In this document: positions 35,775 through 47,700 of the stretch, piece by piece
Layout of the letters: each line of letters opens with the position of its first letter
How positions within the stretch are numbered: the stretch's first letter is position 1
Origin: Hydrolagus colliei
Taxonomy: Eukaryota
Assembly: GCA_035084275.1 (NCBI GenBank)
Contig: CM068753.1
Coordinates: forward strand, 2,666,001 to 2,730,000
Direction of reading: 5' to 3'
Length of the DNA: 64,000 nucleotides
Program-made: the position numbers and the translations under genes
The notes under the pieces: generated by a model
Databases searched by the model: none
Told to the model about the DNA's origin: nothing
Seen by the model: only the letters and a program-made list of their open reading frames with translations

Positions 35775-38700
35775 CTAGATCCAAAACAGTTGGGAGAAAA
35801 CGTCATTCGTTTAAGAGATTATCAACTTCAAACAAAATTACATTGGTTTGAAAAGTTTTTGTGAGCATATATGTATAGATATATATATATATAGATATAT
35901 GAAGAGGGAATTCTCACCAGCAATATTTCTTTAGGAAAAATGTGTTAATGTGGAGTGGCGATCTCACCAGTGGAAACTTGTCGGAGAAAATTCCTGAGCT
36001 GCAAAGTGTGAGGGATCTGAATCACCAGTTAATAAAAGTATGTCAGTGATCAAGTGACCCAGAGCATTGCATTACGAGTTACCACATCTTGGGTGTGACA
36101 GAAATGGCAGCACCACAGACGACATAATACTTGCCCTGCAGTAGCAAATATCTGAATTTCTTGACCTGCAATGTAACTGACTGACTGACAACTGTATAAA
36201 AACTGGTTTGTCAATCAATTAAAAGGCCAACTGATAATCCATCTCCCAAACGGAATCGCAGGCAGTGCAAGGAAGCAGAAAGAAATTTTAAATGAGAAAA
36301 AAATACGATAAGATATTAGAAGTAAAAAAGTTTTAATAAAAATCAAAGAGGATTAAGAGAAGCGGAATGAACAGAAGAAGCAAAATGCTATCGTTTGCAC
36401 TTTCCAGCAAAGCACGGTGAAATCCTGCAGTAAAAGCTGCTCCTGACAGTGATAATACTGGGGTCCGTTTCAGTGTAAACCTGCAGGAGATGGCACATTG
36501 ACTAACAGCCCACGTGGAGACTAGTTCCCAGTTGACCCCAGTCGCGTCTGTTTAAGTGTACGTCAATTCAATTCCCTCGCATTGCAAGACTTGGCAATTT
36601 TGCTGAGAGAAGTTTCCCTGACAAGGTCAGCAATCCTCACTGTTTTAAACAAAGTCCAGGAACAATTAACCCAAGGAAATATTTGACATAAATCCAAACG
36701 TCTCATATTATATTGTGTACTCGTATCGGTTATGCCACAGCAGTGAATATCACAATGAACGTTCAATAGTATTTACGGTAAGGTTTAATTTTTAACAAAA
36801 GATACCCTGTCAATCAAACAAGCTCTCTGGGGGCGCTATCCTGTGCACAGCTGAGTGCTACATAAATTGCAAGTTGTTTTATTTCTTCTGGCAACAAATA
36901 TTCTGTTGCGTTTGAAGTCTCTTGGGAACCAACAATACTTCAGGTCAATGCTCCTGCATGGAAGTACTCTAGTCTAGAAGGTGTGAAAAGCTCTATATCA
37001 AATGCCAGGATTATTATTATAAAGTACGCAAACCCTTATTTCATGAAATTGCATCTGTAGGATGTCCCAGCGGCTTGGGACGTGAAACGCGCTATACAAG
37101 TGTCATTTCGCTGAGGTTGAAGGAGGATTCAAAAAATAAAGGCAAGCTTAGAAAGGTCATCGGATGGACGGGGTGGAGGAGGAGGGGGGATGCATGTCAA
37201 GCTATGAAAGTGCGGGTTGGTGGGTTCTGAGCAGTTACGAAGTAAGAAGAGAAGAGAGATTATAGTATAAATAGAAATTGCGATAGTTTAGTTGACAGTG
37301 GTGATAATTATTGGGATCAATAGTGTGAATGCAGTAAGGAATCAGTTAATATAGTCTTTACATTTCCTAACAGACAGACAAGAAGCTATTCCCAGTAACC
37401 GCACAAGCAAAAAATCAAATAGTCACAAACCGCAATGGTTTGGAAACGCATTTAAACCCGGGGAACTGACAGCTCAAATTTCAGGCAATCTCTCTCTCTC
37501 TCTCTCTCTCGTCTCAAACCTTGTCAAACTCACTTACCTTGTAAACTATCTTGAGATTCTACTCCCGACTGCTTGTCCTCCACAGTGGAGCTGTGATAGC
37601 CGATCAGACTTCTGAAGTTGTTCACAAAGTCCTCTACGCAGGTCACTACTACACCACACTCAGTGTAGCTGGGAAGAGTCTCCAGGTTTTTTTCTAAGAG
37701 GAATAACAAGCCCCAATGTTAGAGAAGGAAAAGCAATGACATGACAACAAACACAATGACATTTGTTCAATGCCTTTCTTTCTTTCCCCACCAAGGTGCT
37801 GGACAAATGACCCACAAGACAAATGACTTCCTGTGACCTACCGGTCAGGAAAACTACATGTCTGTGCTGTATGTTCTGGGCTTGCAGCTTCACTAGACAG
37901 TCCAGTTCGATGGTACTCCGTGCCTTCGAGTCACAGTCGTGGTAAGAGAGAACTTCCACCACGTTGCACTTCTTATACTTATCCAAAACCGAGAGAATAT
38001 TCGAGGCTGCGGTGTTGGTCCTGCAACACAGTGTATCAATGGAAACCAACTGATTACACAGTTCACAAGACATCAATAAAAAAAAACCAAGTAACAAACA
38101 CACACACATAGCACGTTTTGAAGGAGGAGGAACCATAAAATTAGATTGATAGAGCGTCTTTCACGTCATTTGGCTTCCGTGAACTTAGTGCAGGCTCTCA
38201 AACACTACACACGACCAAATGTGTGTAAAAAAAAATCATTGGTAAAGACACGAGACACAAACCTGGCCTGCTCCTTTAGCCTCTTGTATATTTTGAAGTG
38301 AATTTTCCAGAGCCACTTGCTTCCGGGGTTGCTCAAGTCTTCCAAAAATTTCAACAATGTCTGTAGTTTTTCTGAGGGGAATATTTTAATCAGGTTCAAT
38401 ACACCACATTCTCAATGAGTGAGCGCGCTACTGTTTGTAACCCCTTGAATCTTAAAAAGCAAAATTAATACGGCAATAAGAACCAGTATTTGCTCTACCC
38501 CAGTGGCAAAATCTAATTGTCAGTCATAAGGATGGAGCATCACAGACTATAAGGTCCTCAGAGGAGCAAGTCACACCACCACGTCCATTACCTTGTCAAC
38601 AGTCCTGTCACAGCGAAGATCAACAACAGCTTACCAATTGTGACAGACTTCGGATTTAATACTGTTTCATCAGACACCACAAATCCACCGGACACAAACA

Positions 38701-41700
38701 ATTCATTGTAAGTGTGATTCTGTACGTCATCCAAGCTATCCACTCCAGCAAAACTCACAGAGGACATCTTCTTAAGTGACATCAATAATGGGATCTACGA
38801 TCAAAACAACATACAAGCCTTTCAATTTAAACACATTTCCTAACAACCCAAGTACAGGTATTAGGAAATTCTATATTTACACAAGGTCAATATATGGCTT
38901 GGGGGTCAACGGAGATCAGATTTTGATCTGTGTTTGCACAATTCAGTATGCACCAATGAGTACCCAATGGAAACATCACTGAAACACCCTGATATCTTAC
39001 CGTTTCATTTTAAATGAGGCACTTTTAAATTAAAATCTCTCCGCACTTGCGTTACAGAACATAACAGTTTTCATATATTTGCAGTAGTCTTGAAAATAGT
39101 TTTTTTTTAAAAAGCAGCTCAGCAAAAAATACAGGCAGGTTGTGTTACCTTGTGGATGTGAGCTGCGATGTCCTCATTCTGGATTATGATCAATAATTTA
39201 TCCATAAAGCCATCTTTCAGAAACCGATCAGGATGACACTCCTTATTGCCCAGTCCAGTCAAATAGTCCTGCATTGTACGGAATCAAGAGATTCATTTAA
39301 AACAGCTACACAAAGTCCGAACACAAGTGAAATCGCACTGCGTTAAGACAGCACCCACATTCACACAGATCGGGGTGGGGAGGGGGGAGTCTGAAAGCGC
39401 TGCACAGATGACAATGAGGTGGAGTTCCAAGATGCCAAGAGTTAAAAAAAACTTGCATAATAAGAAAATAACATCCCAATTAAACTAGCACAAAAATACC
39501 TACAATAAGAATGCGAAACAATAAATGTTGTTTGGTTTTATGACTGGGATGAGGGATGAAAGATGAGGAAACCAAGCTACAGGTTGTGTCTCATGATTCT
39601 CTGCGCGACAGTCACACTGACTAGAGTGAGGACTGGGGAGCCTGCAAGCAGCACTACATCACAATGCCACACGACAACTGAGTGGAGACAACAACACACT
39701 TTAATGGGAATACCACAGTACCTTGATCTCTGCACACACGGATGACGTTTCCTCCATTTCGTAAACGTAAAACTTCACGGTGTTCTTCTGGACGTCCTTA
39801 ATAATTTTCACTAAGCTGCAGAAGACCTCCGGTTTGAGCTGCTGGATCAGGTTACTGATGCACGGCTGTGCTTTCGGCAGCTCCGTCACCCCATTGGCTT
39901 CCTGCGAACCAACATTGATACTCAGTCCAGAGGTCAGCTGCGAAGGCACAGGCTTCAGAGAGTCACTTTTGGGATCCTTTTGATTCTCCTGTGTCTTTTC
40001 ACCACAAGTCTGTCCAGCGCACGCACTGCCAGTGTTGTTTACGGCCTCCTGTGCTGCGTACCTCAGCGTACGTAACCGAGAAATGGTAGAAGCCCCCAGG
40101 TCCTGTACAATGGTACTGCTGGCCGCAGTCCTCTTCAGCACTGTTTGTGGCAGTTCTTTAGGAGAGGGTAGAGGCAAACGCCCGGATATAGTAGACCGAC
40201 GCGAGCAGGCATCGGCCACAATGCAATTCATCTTCTTGCGCAATTGGCTGACGTAATTTTGTATGGCAACGTCTCGCGTGCACACGCTGGCAAATCTGGA
40301 GAGAGAGGGAACCTTGCTCGGCGTAGAGAAGGTGGGCTGCCTTTTCTCGGTGCTGTAATCAACCCTCTCCTTCTTCAGCAGTTGCCTCATTTTCTTTGCG
40401 AACGTGTTGTACTCCAACAACACCATGTTCTCAACTACCGAAGCCGAAGAAGAATCTTTTGAAGCGGAAAGATGCCCGTTGGTCTCATAGACTGTGGGGT
40501 CTGGGTCACGGTGCTGGAGATCCGGGACATATTCATTTGAACCGCTACACGCTCCAGCGTGAGAACTGGATGCCGACTGATAATGGTTAATGTCGTTCTG
40601 TCGTATTATTACTCGTGGATCAACAGGGCATGAATCCTCTGGTGGTAAATAGAACAGTTGTTCAATCCGTGATTTCATATCTACAAACGAAGACAACTAT
40701 TACCGGGTATTCTGCAAACGGAGACGCCAGAATGCCAACTCTACTCGTCCTTAAAACGCAGCAACCCGCTGTCAGTCAGGGGCTCGAGGGATTTATATTA
40801 ACCATGCATTATAATGCCGATACCCGCACGTTAAAAATATCCGTATATAAACTGCAGATCACTCACAAAGCAATCTTAAATTGTCACAAATCAAAAATAG
40901 CCACTGAAACTACGTGACAATCTTACGCGTGATAGGGACGAGTTTCCAGTTAATCTCGTTGTCACTGTTGCTCTCTGGTGTACTCGGTTTCCTGCTGTAC
41001 AGTTGTTCGAGAGATGCATTTGTGCAGGGACTAACTTCAACACTGCCCGCGCTTTCCAAACTCTGCTCCTTGGAAAGAGATCAAAGAAAATACGTAAGAT
41101 GGAACACAGCCTAACCAAAAGGCTGAATTATTATTCAAAATACTCAGCGTTCAAGTACTTAACAACTTGTTTATCGGATCATGTCTAGATCATGTCTTTG
41201 AGCTGTAACATAAAAGGTTCTAATAAATCGAAAGATTCCTGAAGTGTTAAATAGTAATTATGCAGAAGTTGATGTAATCTCCTCCCCCCTCCCCACCCCC
41301 CCCAATCAGTATATTTACTGCTATATTTCTATGCATTGGTCTTTGTGTCGCTGTGGCTTTAGTGAAACTCAGAATTAACTCTAAAAGGCTATGGCTTAGT
41401 TTCCGAACAAAGGAAATATAAACGGATGCGTAATCTACATTCTTTCACTATCAGCAAATCAGATTGGGAGCAGCAGAACACAGCTCACCTCTGGATACTC
41501 AGACCTCATGTTATGCTGCGAGACATTTTCCCCGGAAAGCTGTTCGTTAGTTTGTGATCTGAACAAACTATCTTCGGGATACATAAGGCAAGGGTCACTT
41601 TCAAGCAATCTTGGACTTTCCGGATCGAGACAGGATGGAAACCCTGCCTCAGAGAGTTTCTGCGCCGAGGCTTCAGTGGGTGAAGTTGGATCATCGATGT

Positions 41701-44700
41701 TTTCTCGCATCTTCTTGTGCGTTCGCAAATCGTTCTGGTCCCAGCAGTAATCGGCGTCGTTCCGACTCAACTCGTCACCGCTGGAACCAAGGGACATTCT
41801 TGAATCCTGGTTTAGATGAGCTCCAGCGCCCCGGGTCTGACACTTGGTGGATTTCAGCACCTCTATTAAGAAACCAACAAGTTTCTGGGCCTCCGGAGGT
41901 ACGGATGTTGTGGAGTCCGACTGTCTTAAAACAGTGTCACTACAGACAAGCCCGTTGGCTTCCTCGGGACTCAAATCAGACAGCCTCAACGATTCACCCT
42001 CTCCCAAGCTGCCGAAGAATGGACCACCTGCAAGAGAAGAAATATGGCCATTAAAGAATGAGCAGGATTCACGACAGTCAGTGGACCTGCTTGTGGGAAT
42101 TAGAATGATAAAGGGCAGACAGCTACGATGAGTTCAGTTGAGGCTGGAGAGTTTTGCTGAAAGATGGAAGCACTCAAGAGGCTTGGGTTCAGAGGATTTT
42201 AATCCAATTAACACAGCTTTCCACTTCACACGTGAAAAGTAAATCATTATATCAACTTAATCATCTACAACAACAACCACAAGATTACATTTATAGAGCG
42301 TCTTTCACGTTGGGAGGATGTCCCTGAACAGTTAGGCCGGGACCCGAGCAATGGGGGAAAGTTAATTTGTACAGTGGCTTTCTAGTCTGAAAAGTATTCA
42401 GATAAAATTGTATCAAATAATAATTTCAAAGTTTGCTAAAAGGGTAGCCCTCAAGATAGACAATAAAATTCCATATCATCATACCAGGGAAGCACACATA
42501 CGTTACTATCCCTACACTGTGAGTGCAAATCTCCCTGAAATCAGATTCCCGCTACAAGCCACAGACAATAGATTTAACAAACATTATTCCACAAATATGC
42601 AACAACAAAATTACACTTGTATTGCGCCTTTCACGTCAGGAGGACGTCCTAAGGTACTGAATGAGCCACTACTATATACCCTAGTGAGCTCCTGGAAATC
42701 TAAAAGCTTCCATGAAAACAAAGCGGCTCGTCCTTCCGCCCACTTAACTCTATGCTCTCATCATCGTCACAATCCTCCAGGGCCATTTGCAACTCCAGCA
42801 GATGCGTCTTCTGGGTTAGTAAACAAGATGTTGTCCCTCTTCCCTGAGTCCCTCTCCAGCTATCAGAGTAATCAACACCATCCACTTTGTGTAGTCAGAG
42901 TCGCGGTAAAATAGAACGGTTTTGTTCCCATGACTTTTCCCTTCTCTCAATGTGCTAATGAATCACACTAACCCTCTGCTCATCGGCCGTTTATACAGTA
43001 AATGTTAAACAATACAAAGTTGTCATTACCTTGAGTCAGCTTCATGTGTTTATGGCTCCTCTCAGTGACAGACGCCAACTTCCTTTTCAACCCGAGTCTA
43101 TTTTTGTCAGATATACAATGTGCAAGTCCTTCAATATTCACGACCCCGGGTTCACCAGGCCTGTGCCGTTTCCTGGTGTGGATCAAGTCAATAAGTTCCT
43201 GAATTTTATCAGGGTCGTAATCCGCTATGTTCACGTAGGGTATCATAAAGTTGTAGTCAGCCATGGTGCTGTTGACTGTGAAGCTACCGGGTTCCTCAGG
43301 AAGGTGCGGCTGCGGCTCGAGTCTCTGCTTGTCTCCTACGCCTTCCGAGACTGGACTGACGATTTCGGCCTCTCGATTCGGATGCTGTTCCAGTATCTCT
43401 GAAGCTTTGGAAACGTCAAACTGGTAATGGAAGGGGTTGAAAAAGTACGAGCGCAGGATCCTGTGGACATTCGGCCTTATCTGCCTGACCGCAGCGAACC
43501 GTTTCTCCTCGTAAGGAGGGAGGACGAATTTAGCCGCTTTCCCATTCTCAGCGGAGGCCTCTTTCCCCAAAGAAGAGTTCGAGTAACCGATCAGGTTGTT
43601 TTCAAACGCGACATCCATCGTTGTCTTCTGCAAGCTGTTGGGCAGCTCCTTCCGGATTCTGTCCAGGGCAAAATGCAGCGCAGGAACCAGCATAGACAGC
43701 TCAGGCAAGGCCTCGGGGCCAACATGGGGAGCAGCAGAGGTCTCCATTTCTTCTACAAAACACCACAGTTATACGTCAAGACACTTGCTCAGTTATGCAA
43801 CTGAGGACACGTAAACTTCCTTTGCTTCAGCTTGTTGGCAACACTCACTTTAGAATGATATCAATATAGATTATATGGGGAGGGGGTTTGGGGGGTGAGG
43901 TGGTGGGGGGGGGGGGGGGGGGGAGAGTGAATCTTAAATTTATTATCCACTAAAACAGGAACGGTGACAAGTGTAACCTTCTGAAATAATCTCTCCACTC
44001 CAGGGATGCAAGTTTCTTTTGGCAAAATAAAATTGCTGAATCCCAGAGTCAAGGATCCCACGTTTAGCTTTAAATTATGATAAGTTGATAAGAAACAGGG
44101 GGGGGAAATAACTAACATCCACGGCTGCCGTGGAACACTCTAGCACGGTTTCATTCTACCTATAGAAATTATTTCCTGGACATGCTATTCTACATAAAAC
44201 ACACAGACACACACACACACACAAACACACGTACACACACACAGGAACAATATTGTCTGCTTACCAAAACTGGACATCATTCGAGGCTTTGGAAACAAAA
44301 ACAATGCTTGAAGAAACTTGGACTTTGAGCCTTGAAATTCTAATTTAAAAAGAATGGGAGTAGACATAAAAATACATCCGGATTGAGAATTCCATCGACA
44401 CTGCGGGTGACCAGACCCCTCAGATCAATCCAGAAACATCAATACAAAAATACAAAATGATTCAATACAAATATGGACTCACCGTCATTGCCAGCCATCT
44501 CTAACGGAGAAAACAGCAGCAGGAAACCCCGATCGCCCAGTGGTTTGATGAGAACCTGTGCATCAAAAACAAATGCTGTCCTTGAAATAGTCCGACTACA
44601 TTATATAGCGCAAAGCAAATGAGACCCAATGATGCACGCACATACCCAAAGAAACAGATGACCTGGTTTTTGTTGCAAATTAGCGTACACATACACACAC

Positions 44701-47700
44701 ATACAGATTTATATCGTACTACACAAACTTGTCAATATTTACTACAATTTGATACAAGGTAGGTTTAGGCTTCCATTTACAATTTGAGCAAACATGCAGA
44801 ATACAGGCCAAGGGGAAAAAATCTCAGCATCCAGAAAATCAATTCATTCACCTGTTTATCTTCCTCCAGTGTGTGAAGCAGAGCCTCCAAATTGCTCCCA
44901 GTTTTTCCCCGTTCCACAAACTCATACAAACTGTAATACAGTCCATTCTTCAAGGCTGGGGAAAGAAACAAATAGAAACTGGTAACCTGGGTGAGCAAAT
45001 AACAAACAGTGCAGCTCAGTACTAAATAAATCACAAATCAAACAACATTCAAAGCAGAAAGTTAGTCAAAAAAATAGAAAATGCAGAAAGAAAAGGGTGG
45101 AATTAATTTTCTTGAGCAGCGAGAGGCAGAATATTGTTCAGCTTCCTCCACCCGATGAAATTGTGCCTTGTTAGAAAAATAATTATCCCTGCATTTGAGA
45201 TAGCGCCTTATCACATTTTGGAGACGTCTCAAAGCGCTTCATAAAATATACTGTAAATTGAATTGACCTTACGCCACTAAACCCAAAGCAATTCTGTTGT
45301 GAACAGTAAAGGAGCAGCTGATCAATGCATACTTTTCACTCCTCGCTGCAATGCTCAATACCAGTACTCGGGAGAGTTCTTCGAAATGCACAACTGTCGC
45401 GGAAACCACAATATCAAGCATCAGTTCAATGTTACTCAAGTGCCAAATCTACCATGCACTAACGAGGCTGCTAAAATTCTTGCCTATCCAAGAACAATGT
45501 CCAAATGCACCTAATGTTCAAATTCCATACATTAGCACCACCAGGAAAAGCTATAGAAGCATAGCATGTTAGTCAGGAAGTGCTGACTAACCTCTATAAA
45601 ACTTTGGTGAGGCCTCAGCTGGAATACTGTGTTCAATTCTGGTCACCACACTACAGAAAGGATGTGAAGACATTGGAAAGGGTACAAAGAAGATTTACTA
45701 GGATGGTGCCAGGATGAGGAGAGGCTAGATAGGCTAGGGTTATTCGCTCTGGAGCAGAGAAGATTGAGGGGAGACCTAATAGAGGTTTATGATCATGAGG
45801 GGTTTCGACAGGGCAAATAGAGAAAAACTATTTCCACTCGTGGGTGAATCTGTGACTCGTGGTCACAGATTTAAAATAGTTTCAAGGCGCAGTAGAGGGG
45901 AGCTGAGGAGAATTTTTTTCACTCAGCGAGTTGTTCAAATCTGGAATGCATTGCCTGAAAAGGTGGTGGAGGCTGATTCGATAACAACTTTTAAAAGGGA
46001 ATTAGATCTTTATTTAGGGAGAACAGGTCTATTAGGCTATGGGGAGCGGGCAGGGCAGTGGGATTGAATCGCTCTTTTCAAAGAGCCGGCACAGACTGGA
46101 TGGGCCGAATGGCCTCCTTTTGTGCCGTAAAATTCTATGAATCTATGAATCTAAGTCTTAAACACACACACACAGTTGTGAAATATAATCTGCTGAGTTG
46201 ATGCAAATAAGGTTGATGGTTTACAGAACATAACAGGACGAGTTCAGCCTGGTCAGTATATTGTTATTCTTGATCAAGATGGTTGTATTAAATGTGTGAT
46301 GTGATAAAAGTAAAATGTGCTCATAAAAATGTACGCATTGTCCTGTAGCTCAGTGTTTAGAGCCCTCGTTCAAATCCAGGCAGATCAGGGCGAAACCTTG
46401 GGCAAGTTTCCTTACTCCACACAAATGCCTAATAATAATCCACCCCCCCCAAAAAACATATTAAAAAATTGGTCATTTCAATCCACGACTGTTTGTGGAG
46501 GGGACGCTGCTGTGCGCAATTGGCTGCCGCGTTTCGCCCACAAACATATACAGTCAATTCACTTTACAGTACATTCTGTGAAGAGCTTTGAGACGTCGAT
46601 AAGATGTGAAAAGCCACCAAATGCAAGGATTATTATTATTGTAGTGAAGGCTGCGCCGAGAGAAAAAAATACTTAGTCAAGGTCATGAAGTGTGTTCACA
46701 AGCTGATAAACTGGCTGGAATGTGAGACAGGGAGAAACTCAGCACAGCTGCTGAGACTAGGGAAGCGAGAGTAACCGCAGAAGGAAACAAGGCTACAAAG
46801 GCTCAGAAATGCCGGAAAGAGCAGAACAGTCTATGAGAATCGTTGCATTCGATGCAGCGTCTTATCACGTCTTCATGAGACGATTGTAGCTTTTGCTATA
46901 ACCAACAAAGCAATCCTCCCACCCAACATTCAGAGTACCCACCGACAGACACACCTACCCACACACTGAACAATCCAAACCCCCTAGAGTGCTCTTAAAA
47001 CCAAGGGAATATCTGCTGCCTGATAGTTTTGTTACCATCATCAAAACCACACACACAGAGCTAAGCATAATACTGACTGATGGTTACATTAACATGAAAC
47101 TACTGTATATGTATGGGATTCCATAATAAGGGAATTGTTAATCAAGAACCAGTGATTTGTTTGTCCGCTTCTAATCTCTATACTTGTGCACGGTATAGTG
47201 GTTAGTGCCACCCTGACCATCATCAATAACACACACACACACACAGCCTTCCTCAGTCAGACCAAACTCTTACCTTCTCTTAACCCACAAAAAGTATTTT
47301 TGTGGAACACTGCTGTTGGTACTTTGCTTTTTAAGCAATCAATGCTCATGACAGTTTCAATATCAAGTTTCTCAGGCCTAAAATAGAGGAACACTCAACA
47401 TAAGAACAAGTTTTACATATTTGACTGTCCCAACAAAGTTAATAATCCATCTCAAGATACTTCAAATTACCTTATGTATTGAGTTAATTACTACAACAAC
47501 AAAATTACATTCGTAGAGCGCCTTGCATGTCAGGAGAACGTCCCAATGCGCTGAACAGTCAGTGGTCATGCTGGGGAGGGGGGCAGGGGAAGAGAATGAA
47601 GGTGAGGACGAGGATCTTGAATTCAATCCTCCGAGGAATGGGAGCCAGTAGAGCTGGGCGAGTGTGGGGGTGATGGGGCTCACAGAGCCTGGTGTGGTAA

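Noticed and set aside
39780-43814. Many plus-strand ORFs of 60-170 aa
   Set aside because: Antisense shadows of large TASOR exons
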